42,077 bases of DNA, taken from IMG/VR virus record IMGVR_UViG_3300044899_000016, positions 1 through 42,077 of that record. One strand, 5' to 3'. The stretch comes from a virus (lineage: Duplodnaviria; Caudoviricetes). Under the pieces are notes generated by a model. That model saw nothing but the letters and a program-made list of their open reading frames with translations. It was not told where the DNA came from and searched no databases. Both the position numbers and the translations under genes were made by a program. Below, in pieces: positions 26,189-34,957 of the stretch. Numbering within the stretch: the first letter of the stretch is position 1; each line of letters opens with the position of its first letter.

Positions 26189-26464
26189 ATGAACGGCGAA
26201 TTTCAAAACGCATACGAAGTCAGTGTTCTCACAACCCCGCGCAGAGATGAGGCAGAAGAGGCGGCGCGACTCTCGCAGCTAGGCTATTGGGTCTTAGTGA
26301 CGGGCGCTGAGATTTGTTGTCGCTTCACGGATGCTTTCATTAGATGGGAAACGCGGATTGTCTGCGCGTCTCGCACGCTCGCGGAAATTGAAGAGCATTA
26401 CATTGACGGCGAACCCGGCGAGATGGACGAAGTTATACCGCCAGAGCAGGAGCGCGCAGCATGA
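26189..26464 (+). CDS. Hypothetical protein
   Basis: Abuts flanking ORFs in the early operon. Confidence 0.5.
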   Translation: MNGEFQNAYEVSVLTTPRRDEAEEAARLSQLGYWVLVTGAEICCRFTDAFIRWETRIVCASRTLAEIEEHYIDGEPGEMDEVIPPEQERAA

Positions 26465-26889
26465 GCAAGACAAAGCACGTACCTGCAATAAAAGAAGTTC
26501 CTGGCTATCCGGGATATGCAGCCGATAGTGCCGGTTTCATTTGGAGTACAGCTTCAAATTGGAGAGGTTATGGAGTGCGGCCACTTACCTTTTTAAAAGA
26601 TCGTGACGGCTATTATCGCGTGCGGCTCGTTAAAAATGGTAGGCGTATAAGGCGAGCCGTTCACTCTTTAATTGCCGTCACGTTCATAGGTCAACGGCCA
26701 TCTTCAAAACATGAAGTCCGCCACCTGAACGGAATTAAGTGCGACAACCGCTCGCTAAATCTTTCTTGGGGAACAAGGAAAGAAAATGCCGACGACAGGG
26801 AAAGACACGGGCACACGTCACGGGGCATTTCTCACTCAATCGCTATCAAAAACGGATTAAAAAGGAGTGGTCGCAATGTCAGAAAGTAA
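26461..26889 (+). CDS. HNH homing endonuclease (NUMOD4-like N-terminus)
   Basis: VPGYPGY, VHSLIAVTFIG, VRHLNGIKCDNRSLNLSWGT. Confidence 0.9.
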   Translation: MSKTKHVPAIKEVPGYPGYAADSAGFIWSTASNWRGYGVRPLTFLKDRDGYYRVRLVKNGRRIRRAVHSLIAVTFIGQRPSSKHEVRHLNGIKCDNRSLNLSWGTRKENADDRERHGHTSRGISHSIAIKNGLKRSGRNVRK

Positions 26890-27226
26890 ACCGACTCCTG
26901 GCCCCTGGGTTATCACCCCTACTGATCCTTGCGTCATCTACGCGCCGCACGATCCCGAAGACGAGCCGTGCCTTGCTATCACCTATGACGCGGAATCGGC
27001 AGAACGCTTTGAATGGCTCAGAAACACGGATGAGGCAGAAGCCAACGCTCGCCTCATAGCTGCCAGTCCCGAAACACTCTCGACTGCAAAAGATGTGCTC
27101 TCGGATTGCTTCATCCTGCGCGACTTGCCAGGAATCGCGCGCGAGCATGCCGACTTTATTACCGCGCACCTGATTCAACCTTTGCAGGCCGCTATCGCCA
27201 AAGCTGAAAAGGGAGAAAGCCGGTGA
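26876..27226 (+). CDS. Conserved phage hypothetical protein (TPGPW...ANARLIAA family)
   Basis: PTPGPW and EANARLIAASP motifs. Confidence 0.7.
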   Translation: MSESKPTPGPWVITPTDPCVIYAPHDPEDEPCLAITYDAESAERFEWLRNTDEAEANARLIAASPETLSTAKDVLSDCFILRDLPGIAREHADFITAHLIQPLQAAIAKAEKGESR

Positions 27227-27477
27227 GCGCGACGGGACTCTCAGACCTCTACATCGAACGGCGCTTAAAGCAGGCCGACGACGACTCGCGCCGCGTTGAC
27301 ATGCTCGCCTCGCAGGGTGCGCGCCGCCACTACGCGATCATGCTGGCGTGTCGCCGCCTTGAGGCTGTGCGCGGGCTTCTCGGGGACATACCGCGCGCGA
27401 GCATTGACGAACTGCTTTCTGAAATTTACTGCGACCTCGAAAAAGCTAATCAGGTGCGTGCCAGTGACGAGCAATGA
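27223..27477 (+). CDS. Hypothetical protein
   Basis: GTGA/ATGA overlaps with neighbours. Confidence 0.5.
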   Translation: MSATGLSDLYIERRLKQADDDSRRVDMLASQGARRHYAIMLACRRLEAVRGLLGDIPRASIDELLSEIYCDLEKANQVRASDEQ

Positions 27478-27755
27478 GCAGACAAGTCTCTCGACATCTT
27501 CAACTTTATAGAGCTGGCATCGCCGAAGACGGCGAGCGTGGACGAATCATCGCGCGCGAGATTTGGATAGCTCGAATGCGCGAGCTTCTCAATGAAACAG
27601 AAGCTCAAGACTTCGACGCCTATCTTACCTTGCGCGCCTCACTGTCAGTTTTCGACCTCATTGAGATTGCAGGCGAAGAGATGAAAGACGCTTTGACGAA
27701 GCGCGGCAGCTTTAAGCCTGAAGAAATGACGCTCATCAGGAGTGCAATTAAATGA
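27474..27755 (+). CDS. Hypothetical protein
   Basis: ATGA overlaps at both ends. Confidence 0.5.
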   Translation: MSRQVSRHLQLYRAGIAEDGERGRIIAREIWIARMRELLNETEAQDFDAYLTLRASLSVFDLIEIAGEEMKDALTKRGSFKPEEMTLIRSAIK

Positions 27756-27967
27756 GCCATCCGGTTGACGATTATCCAGACGATTACGATTTCGACGGCG
27801 ACGATGATGACGAGCCGGATGAATGGGAAGAGGCGATGCAAGAGTGTGGGCGTGGACAAGGCTATGAAGGCTGCACGCAAGCCGGTACTGAGTATTGCGA
27901 ATTCGAGTGCCCTTTCCGAGATGAAGAATTAGATGAGGACGATGAAGACGACCTTTCTTATTGGTAA
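27752..27967 (+). CDS. Small, highly acidic Cys-rich protein
   Basis: 71 aa, very D/E-rich, with a CG...CTQAGTEYCEFECPF core. Confidence 0.55.
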   Translation: MSHPVDDYPDDYDFDGDDDDEPDEWEEAMQECGRGQGYEGCTQAGTEYCEFECPFRDEELDEDDEDDLSYW

Positions 27968-27998
27968 GCCACTTTAACTTTCAACTAAGGAGATTTTT

Positions 27999-28880
27999 AT
28001 GAGTACGAGTCAACAGGCGCTAGCGCGCCTCGAAACTTCTAATCAGCTTCAATCAGCAGACGACTTTGACATCTTCCGCATTGGCGAAACGCTTGCTAAA
28101 TCGGGCTACTTCGCGGACGCCAAAGATGTGGCGCAATGTGTGGTCAAAGTCTTGGCCGGGCGCGAGCTTGGCATTCCGCCGGTTGCCGCGATGACCGGTG
28201 TTTATATTATTCAGGGCAAGCCAAGTCTGAGCGCAAACCTAATGGCGGCGATCATCAAGCGAAGCGGGAAATATAACTACCGCGTCGTTCAGATGGACGC
28301 GCAGGTTTGCGAGATAGAGTTTTTCGAGCAGGGCGCGTCAATCGGGAAATCCGCTTTCTCTTTGCAGGACGCGAAAGTCGCGGGCGCGCTGGACGGCAAG
28401 AATAAGCATACCTGGGCAGCCTTCCCGCGCAACATGCTTTTTGCTCGCGCGCTCTCGAACGGCGCGCGTTGGTACACGCCAGATATTTTTTCGGGACCGA
28501 TCTATACGCCAGAGGAATTAGACGCGCGCGTTTCATCCGAGGGCATACCTGAGGCCGTTACGCCTGCACCCGTGCGCCAGCATCAACCGGCTCCTACCGC
28601 CACAACTGACGATGATCCTGTCGAGAGGGAGCGGCAAGAGATTGTCAAAGACATCTATGCGACCTGTGCGCTTCTTAACGAGAAAGGCGATAAGGCCATA
28701 GACGCGCAAGGCCGTGAAGCTCTCTGGAAGTCCACGTCCCTCAAGATTTTTGTCAACAAGGAATTCAAAGTAGGCGACGGTCTTGAGGCTCTATCTGTTG
28801 AATATTTGAAGAAGCTTCACGGGATGCTGAATCTCAGGCTTGACGCAATCACCCCTAAAGACGGAAGCCTATTACCCTAA
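27999..28880 (+). CDS. RecT/Red-beta-like single-strand annealing protein
   Basis: GRELGIPPVAAMTGVYIIQGKPSLSANLM, W..FPRNMLFARA, YTPEEL motifs. AAGGAG RBS. Confidence 0.75.
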   Translation: MSTSQQALARLETSNQLQSADDFDIFRIGETLAKSGYFADAKDVAQCVVKVLAGRELGIPPVAAMTGVYIIQGKPSLSANLMAAIIKRSGKYNYRVVQMDAQVCEIEFFEQGASIGKSAFSLQDAKVAGALDGKNKHTWAAFPRNMLFARALSNGARWYTPDIFSGPIYTPEELDARVSSEGIPEAVTPAPVRQHQPAPTATTDDDPVERERQEIVKDIYATCALLNEKGDKAIDAQGREALWKSTSLKIFVNKEFKVGDGLEALSVEYLKKLHGMLNLRLDAITPKDGSLLP

Positions 28881-30198
28881 AACTAAGAGCCGCGAGCATT
28901 GGCTAGATGCTCGCGGCTCAATCTACAAAGAAAGGAAGATAGAAACAGTGTCAACAACAATACCATCATCCACATCTTCAAATCAATCTTCTTCTACGAA
29001 GAAAAAGGGCGCGAGCGACATTAAAGGAGCGATTGAGGAAAATCGTAAGTTCCCTTCTGAGCTTGTCGAAAAAGGCTGGCGGCTGGCAAACGAAGGACGT
29101 CGCTTTTACGCGCACAATGACAAGACGGAGGCAATGACCGTCTTGCACGATACGATAGAGGCCGTCGCTGAAGAGGCAACAGAGATAGACGCTCGCAGCC
29201 AGAGCTACGGGCAGCACGAATTCATCCCGAAACAGGATAGCAAAACAATCTGTGCGCTCTGCTTTCAAGGTCGCAATGGAAAGCCGCATCGCCAGTGGAA
29301 AGAGGCACAGAAGAAAAATGATCTGGCATCGCAGGAAACGGCGAGCGGGACCGACGAGTCTGGCTCTCAAAAGCGCGTGATTGCTTTAGCTTTCCTCGCA
29401 GACTTAGAAGACGAGCAGAAAGGGCGCTGGGCGACGCTATGCGAGTACGAACGCCTCTATGAAGCCGCTACTAAGATTCGTGATAAGAGACGGCTCACGA
29501 AAGAGCGCATGAGGATCGTAGCTGACTATGATCGCGCCTGGGATGAAGCCATTAAAGCCCTCGACAATAACGAGGACGTCGTTCAGGAAGTGCGCGACCG
29601 TGTAGAAGCGAGCGGCTCGACCATCGCAACAGATGCCGATAGTGCCGGCGGATCGGCTCTCGTTGAAAGTGGCGAGCCTCCAGCGTGGCATGAGTATTTC
29701 GAGCAGACGCCAGGCGAAGGCTGCTTTCTCGGATGCGGCAAGCCGGAAGATGACCCTATCCATCACGAGCCTGCTACAGCTGAGCGCGCCGAGAATGGCG
29801 ATGCTGCAGAAACCTTGGCGCCGCTCGCCGAAACTGACGATGCGGGATCACAAAGCCCTTTCATCTTCACAAAAGAAATCGAAGTCGAATTAGCCGACTC
29901 CGATTACAAAGCTAAATCCCGCCAACTCGCTTTCCTTCGCGTCCAGATCGAAGAGCTACAGGCTGAGAAGAAAACCGCTGACGAAGGCTACAAACAGAAA
30001 ATAGGCGGGCTTGAAGAGCAATGCACTGAGCTATTCCGCTCAATTCGCAGAGGCCGCGACACGCTTAAGCTAGAAGTTTTCGAGCGGCGCGACTATGGGC
30101 GCAAAGTTGTCGAGACAGTGCGCGCGGACACGCAAGCGGTTGTCGAGTCGCGCCCGATGTTGCCGCGCGAGCTTCAGCAGCCTTTACCTTCAATCTAA
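28840..30198 (+). CDS. Mosaic hypothetical protein containing five in-frame motif A boxes
   Basis: Long ORF (true start uncertain) with two small Cys/His clusters and a C-terminal coiled coil. Confidence 0.6.
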   Translation: MTQSPLKTEAYYPKTKSREHWLDARGSIYKERKIETVSTTIPSSTSSNQSSSTKKKGASDIKGAIEENRKFPSELVEKGWRLANEGRRFYAHNDKTEAMTVLHDTIEAVAEEATEIDARSQSYGQHEFIPKQDSKTICALCFQGRNGKPHRQWKEAQKKNDLASQETASGTDESGSQKRVIALAFLADLEDEQKGRWATLCEYERLYEAATKIRDKRRLTKERMRIVADYDRAWDEAIKALDNNEDVVQEVRDRVEASGSTIATDADSAGGSALVESGEPPAWHEYFEQTPGEGCFLGCGKPEDDPIHHEPATAERAENGDAAETLAPLAETDDAGSQSPFIFTKEIEVELADSDYKAKSRQLAFLRVQIEELQAEKKTADEGYKQKIGGLEEQCTELFRSIRRGRDTLKLEVFERRDYGRKVVETVRADTQAVVESRPMLPRELQQPLPSI

Positions 30199-30209
30199 GG
30201 AAATTAAGC

Positions 30210-31070
30210 ATGGAAATCATTTCTCTTCCGCCGCTACCTAAAGACGTACAGCCGCGCCTACGCATAATTAGCTTAGGCGCTGGCGTGCAAAGCACAACGA
30301 TGCTTCTTATGGCTCTACACGGCGAAATTACACCTTTACCTGACTGCGCTATTTTTGCTGATACGCAGTGGGAAGCTCGCAAGGTTTATGAGCATCTAGG
30401 CTTTCTCTCTAGGATCGCGGCAAAGCACGCCTTTCCAATTCTAACTGTCACTATTGGCAACATACGCGATGATGCATTCTCAACTCGCGCAGCAAGGAAG
30501 CGTTTCGCTTCCTTGCCTCTCTACGTCCGAAATCTCGCAGGCGGACAAGGGATGCTGCGCCGCCAATGTACCCGTGAATACAAAATCCAACCCATCACGA
30601 GCAAGACGCGCGAGCTACTAGGTTTCAAGCCGAAACAACGGATTCCAATAGGTATTTATGTTGAGCGCTGGATGGGCATTTCATGGGATGAACGCCAGCG
30701 AATGCGATATAGCGAGGAAAGATGGGCGGTCAATCGCTACCCGCTCATTGAGCGCCAGATGACGCGCACGGACTGTTTAGTTTGGCTCGCGCGGCATGAC
30801 TATCCCCTTCCGCCAAAAAGCGCGTGTCTTGGTTGTCCCTTTCACGATGATAATTATTGGCGCAACCTGCGGGACAACTCCCCTGATGAATTTGAGGACG
30901 CTTGCCTTTTCGATGACCAGATTCGCGCAGACCCTACTGGACGGGTTGAACAAGACGCCTATCTCCATCGCTCGCTAATTCCACTCAGGCAGGTTGATTT
31001 TTCAACGCCGGAGGATCGCGGGCAAATGAATTTCTTTATTAACGAATGTGAAGGGCTTTGCGGGGTGTGA
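30210..31070 (+). CDS. PAPS-reductase-like / adenine nucleotide alpha-hydrolase family protein
   Basis: PP-loop SLGAGVQST, IFADTQWE, RQCTREYKI, KSACLGCPFH, ECEGLCGV. Confidence 0.75.
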   Translation: MEIISLPPLPKDVQPRLRIISLGAGVQSTTMLLMALHGEITPLPDCAIFADTQWEARKVYEHLGFLSRIAAKHAFPILTVTIGNIRDDAFSTRAARKRFASLPLYVRNLAGGQGMLRRQCTREYKIQPITSKTRELLGFKPKQRIPIGIYVERWMGISWDERQRMRYSEERWAVNRYPLIERQMTRTDCLVWLARHDYPLPPKSACLGCPFHDDNYWRNLRDNSPDEFEDACLFDDQIRADPTGRVEQDAYLHRSLIPLRQVDFSTPEDRGQMNFFINECEGLCGV

Positions 31071-31115
31071 TTATTTTCGCACCCTCTTTTTCTTTCTCTC
31101 TAACAATCGGATTCG

Positions 31116-31487
31116 ATGCCCAAAAATAATGAAAGACCAGCTTTCTTGCTCTATCCCGACGACTTTACCTCTGACGGCAAAGTCGAGGCGATGAGTACAG
31201 AAGAAGTCGGGGCGTACTTTCTTCTACTTTGTAAATCTTGGCGTGAAAAACCGGTGGCCTCAATTCCAGATGACGACGCGACCCTTGCGCGGTGGGCAAG
31301 GCTTAGCGTGGAGCGTTGGACGGAATGTAAGCCGCGCGTTTTGGCTGCGTTCAAGTTCGGCAAAGATAGCAGATGGTATCAGAAGCGATTGAAGGCGGAA
31401 TACGACCGCCTTCAACAGAGGGAAAAATTTAAGCACGAAAGAGGAAAAAAAGCGGCGCAGGCCAGATGGAAAAAGGGAAAGGAATGA
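31116..31487 (+). CDS. DUF1376/YdaU-like replication initiator N-terminal domain
   Basis: PAFLLYPDDF...MSTEEVGAYFLLLCKSW...IPDDDATLAR...AAQARW. Confidence 0.8.
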   Translation: MPKNNERPAFLLYPDDFTSDGKVEAMSTEEVGAYFLLLCKSWREKPVASIPDDDATLARWARLSVERWTECKPRVLAAFKFGKDSRWYQKRLKAEYDRLQQREKFKHERGKKAAQARWKKGKE

Positions 31488-31496
31488 ATCACTTAC

Positions 31497-31544
31497 ATGC
31501 AAGTGCATTGCAACTGCATTGCATGAGCAATGCTTGAGGAATGC
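31497..31544. repeat. 11-bp periodic iteron-like repeats (candidate origin)
   Basis: ATGCAAGTGCA TTGCAACTGCA TTGCATGAGCA ATGCTTGAGGA ATGC, followed by TTCATTTTCATC repeats. Confidence 0.6.
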
Positions 31545-31762
31545 CTTTCATTTTCATCTTCATTTTCATCTTCAATTCAACAGCGACTTGAAAGCGTCGC
31601 TGTGTTGAGTGCTCGTAAATTTCCTGATGAAAATTTACTCCCCATCATCATCATTTGCGGCGTGGTCGTCGAGTAATCGCGCGCGAAGCGAGCGGCGTGC
31701 CGGGCAGAGGGATTGATGATGATTTTTGAGAGAAATTTTCAGGAAAAAACGGAGAAATTTTC

Positions 31763-32242
31763 ATGCCGTCACGCTTCGATAAAGACACTATCCGTGAGTA
31801 TTTCGAGGAAGCCCAGCGCACAGGCAGAAAGCGCGTCGGCAATATCAACTCGCTCACGGATCATGCGCACAGGACAGGCAACAACGATGAAGAAATCCGC
31901 GATTGGCTTTTCCCGCCCGTGCCGATGATTGTTTGCCCGACGTGTCAGGGCAAAGGGCGCATTCTGACGCCTCGGCAAGAGCCGCAAACTTGCTTTCATT
32001 GCAAGGGAGCGCGCGAGCTTGTGCGGCTCAATCCTGAGAGCGGTGAAGATGAGACTTGGCCGTGCTCGGTCTGCGAGAAAGAAAGGTTCGCAGAAGCGGA
32101 GCGCGAGCGGGGCGGCGTACCTCAGCCTGTGATTCTGTTCGCGCCAAACAAGGAAATGGTGAGCTTCGCGGATTTGAAGATTGTCACGGCGCGAGATAGC
32201 GATGACGGCCAAGGCGAAGGGCGGGAAATTTTACCGGGGTAA
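31763..32242 (+). CDS. Hypothetical protein with DnaJ-type CxxCxGxG zinc motifs
   Basis: CPTCQGKG, CFHCKG, CSVC; GGAG RBS. Confidence 0.6.
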   Translation: MPSRFDKDTIREYFEEAQRTGRKRVGNINSLTDHAHRTGNNDEEIRDWLFPPVPMIVCPTCQGKGRILTPRQEPQTCFHCKGARELVRLNPESGEDETWPCSVCEKERFAEAERERGGVPQPVILFAPNKEMVSFADLKIVTARDSDDGQGEGREILPG

Positions 32243-32278
32243 TTCGATTTTGACAGTTTTGGAAGGAGGGAAGCAGGG

Positions 32279-32557
32279 ATGGCAGATATAAAACACAAAG
32301 CAGATTGCGAAGTCCTGTGCAGAAATGGTGAGTGTGATTGTGGCGCAAGCTCTCAGGAAGAAACCGAACGTTGCAGCTGGCTATACCTTCAAGGCGGGCA
32401 GTGTGGCATCAAATGGGTGACGCATCAATTTGAGCCAGAGGACAGACGACTTACAAAACGATTCTATTGCAGAAAACATGCTGCCATTATGCACACCTTA
32501 GGTTTTCAGTTATCAAGAATAGTAAAGGGATTTCAGTCACTTTTCGAGGGCAAATGA
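32279..32557 (+). CDS. Cys-rich hypothetical protein
   Basis: Strong GGAGG RBS; multiple Cys/His. Confidence 0.5.
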   Translation: MADIKHKADCEVLCRNGECDCGASSQEETERCSWLYLQGGQCGIKWVTHQFEPEDRRLTKRFYCRKHAAIMHTLGFQLSRIVKGFQSLFEGK

Positions 32558-32781
32558 GATTCATTCCCGGCAATAGAGTCGCGCCCCTGCGCGCCATAAC
32601 TCACACAGAGCGCGGCGAGACAGTGATTGACGTATCGCCGGAATTAAAGATCACCGCGCCGACGCTCATTCACACGCTCGAATGCGGCCACAAGGCAGAG
32701 CCTTTAATTCGCATGGGTGCGCGTCTGCCGTATCCGCCGAAGAGACGTAGATGTAAAGAATGTATGGAGGGGAAGAGATGA
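32554..32781 (+). CDS. Hypothetical protein with LECGH...CKEC zinc motif
   Basis: ATG at 32554 overlaps the upstream stop. Confidence 0.5.
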   Translation: MRFIPGNRVAPLRAITHTERGETVIDVSPELKITAPTLIHTLECGHKAEPLIRMGARLPYPPKRRRCKECMEGKR

Positions 32782-33002
32782 GCGAAGCAACTTTGAATCC
32801 GCCAAGCCTTGAGCAAATCAACCGCGACTTGGCTACAACCGTCTCGGAAGAGATGCAGAAAAACGAACGGCTGCTGTCAGCTTTGCAAGAAATCGAAGAG
32901 ATAATTGTGGCTTGCATCAAAGACAGCGGGAAGAAAACGTTGTGCGAATTCTGCGCCAATAAGATTCACCGCCTCATCAGGGGAATAAGAGGCAGACAAT
33001 GA
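32778..33002 (+). CDS. Hypothetical protein
   Basis: ATGA overlaps; CEFC motif. Confidence 0.5.
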   Translation: MSEATLNPPSLEQINRDLATTVSEEMQKNERLLSALQEIEEIIVACIKDSGKKTLCEFCANKIHRLIRGIRGRQ

Positions 33003-33505
33003 AAGCTCTAACGCTTCATCAGTATTGGGCACACGCTATGTCGCCGCTTCTGCTCAAGAAAATCGAAACGCGCGGCTGGTACACGCCCTTTCGCGGAACG
33101 CTCGCAATCCACGCTGCCGCTACAGTGCCAGCTTATGCGCGAGAAGATTTCGAGTTGAATCCTACGGCGCTGGTCGCCTTCGGCGCACCGCCGCTTGGCA
33201 TCCGTCACGGCGACGAATTAACGAAACTGCCGCTTGGCGCAGTCGTCGGCGTCTGTGATCTGGTCGCATGCGTGACGACAAATATAGTTTGGCCGACTGA
33301 CCCTATCACGCGAAAGACTTATGAGCGCCCGGCAAAGCAGAGTCTCGAATACGCTTTCGGAAATTACGATCCGAACCGCTTCATGTGGATTACTGAAAAC
33401 ATGCGCGTCTTATCTGAGCCGGTTCCGTGCAAGGGCCATCAGCGATTATGGGATTTGCTGCCTGACGTAGAGCTTCGCATCAATGAGCAACTCAGACAAA
33501 GCTAA
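32999..33505 (+). CDS. ASCH domain protein
   Basis: MKALTLHQYWA...KKIETRGW...RGTLAIHAA...PVPCKGHQRLW. Confidence 0.88.
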   Translation: MKALTLHQYWAHAMSPLLLKKIETRGWYTPFRGTLAIHAAATVPAYAREDFELNPTALVAFGAPPLGIRHGDELTKLPLGAVVGVCDLVACVTTNIVWPTDPITRKTYERPAKQSLEYAFGNYDPNRFMWITENMRVLSEPVPCKGHQRLWDLLPDVELRINEQLRQS

Positions 33506-33692
33506 TCTCACGCGCTACAAAGAACTGCTCTCACGCGCTCTTTTCGAGTTGAAGCTGGCGCATGACTTGGCCGTGTCTCTGAAGCTGTCTTACAAGCGCA
33601 CGTCGCGCTTACAGCGAGCGAGAAAAGAACTGTTTGACGAGAAGGAAGAGTTGAAGAAAGTTGATGCCCCTGCAATCGAAAAGCAGGGGTAA
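33483..33692 (+). CDS. Hypothetical protein
   Basis: Short helical ORF in the operon. Confidence 0.4.
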   Translation: MSNSDKANLTRYKELLSRALFELKLAHDLAVSLKLSYKRTSRLQRARKELFDEKEELKKVDAPAIEKQG

Positions 33693-33899
33693 GGTGAAGG
33701 CAACTCTTCACCGGTGAAAGGAGTTTTTCAGGGTGAAATACGATTCATATTGGCGAGTGCGAACAAGGCATCCTGAGCGATTCGGGCAAAGCTGTCGAGT
33801 GCTCATCTATGGCCGGATGAACACCTGTCTTGTCGAGTTTGAGATAGACGGTTTCCAGACCGTGACGTGTCGCTATTACATAAGAAAACTACATAAGAA

Positions 33900-34745
33900 G
33901 TGAACCCGGAGCTATCGCCAAAATTGAAGAGGTCGAGTGTCGCCAGAAAGGGCGATGCGGTACTGATCGACGATAACACCGCTTCTGGCGATGGGCGCCA
34001 GCAACATCATATCCAGCGAGACAGCCTGAAGGTAAAACGTGCGAGCTATCCCGGCGGCAAAAACGGCGCAGGCGTCTATCAAAATATCATCTCTCTCATG
34101 CCGCCTCACGAAACCTATATCGAAGCCTTCTTAGGCGGCGGCGCGATTATGCGTTTGAAGCGACCAGCCGCGCGCAACATCGGGATTGATTTAGACGCGG
34201 CTGCCGTCAACGCTTTTCCTAGCGATGCAGTACCGCGACTGAAATTGATTGAAGGCGATGCGCTATCAATCTTGCGCGCTTGGCGCTTTGAAGGTGACAG
34301 CTATAGGCACACTCTAGCTTATATTGACCCGCCCTACCTTATGAGCACCCGCCGGCAGCATCGCCCTTTATATAGATGCGAGCTGTCGAGCGAAGCCGAT
34401 CATGTGCGCTTGCTTGAAATCCTGATGAATTTGCCGTGCATGGTCATGCTCAGTGGCTATCACTCGAAACTATATGACCGCGCTCTTTCGCATTGGCGGC
34501 GCGAAGAGTTCTACACGTCAGACAGAGGCGGGAATCGAAGGCTAGAGGTCGTCTGGATGAACTTCGCGGAGCCGTTAGAGCTTCACGACTATCGCTATTT
34601 GGGGCGTGGCTTCCGGGAACGCGAGCGCATCAAGAGAAAGCGTCTGCGCTGGCGCGCGCGTCTCGAAAGGATGCCCTCCTTAGAGCGTCACGCGCTGATG
34701 GCGACGATTGACGAGCTACGCCATGGATCCAATCGTCAAGAATAG
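33900..34745 (+). CDS. Dam-like (D12 class) N6-adenine DNA methyltransferase with basic C-terminal extension
   Basis: YPGGK, YIEAFLGGGAI, YIDPPY, MLSGY, EVVWMNF motifs, plus extra LHDYRYLG.GFRERERIKRK..RW tail. The first ~40 codons run through four motif A boxes. Confidence 0.9.
   Translation: MNPELSPKLKRSSVARKGDAVLIDDNTASGDGRQQHHIQRDSLKVKRASYPGGKNGAGVYQNIISLMPPHETYIEAFLGGGAIMRLKRPAARNIGIDLDAAAVNAFPSDAVPRLKLIEGDALSILRAWRFEGDSYRHTLAYIDPPYLMSTRRQHRPLYRCELSSEADHVRLLEILMNLPCMVMLSGYHSKLYDRALSHWRREEFYTSDRGGNRRLEVVWMNFAEPLELHDYRYLGRGFRERERIKRKRLRWRARLERMPSLERHALMATIDELRHGSNRQE
33914..34020. repeat. Cluster of four motif A boxes at the 5' end of the adenine MTase
   Basis: Boxes at 33914, 33939, 33975, 34003; a fifth at 34732-34749 spans the stop codon. 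Confidence 0.75.
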
Positions 34746-34768
34746 CGAGGGAGTACCGGAGAAATGAT

Positions 34769-34957
34769 ATGGCAGACGTAGATAATACCGAGATGGAGAA
34801 AGCAATTGATGAATCAGTTTTTCTCATCATCGTGCGCCAATTTGAAGAGATAACTAACCGGCTCAAATCAGAGGTTAAGGATTTGGAGCGCGAGAGGCGT
34901 ATAGCTTATAGCAAGGGCTATCAAGCTGGCTTGCGTGCTGCTGAGAAAAAGAAGTGA
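34769..34957 (+). CDS. Small coiled-coil hypothetical protein
   Basis: Between the two MTases; AYSKGYQAG motif; GGAG RBS. Confidence 0.55.
   Translation: MADVDNTEMEKAIDESVFLIIVRQFEEITNRLKSEVKDLERERRIAYSKGYQAGLRAAEKKK

Noticed and set aside
31485-31526. Genome-wide TGA reassignment suggested by two in-frame TGA codons
   Set aside because: TGA clearly ends many genes here, often in ATGA/GTGA overlaps.
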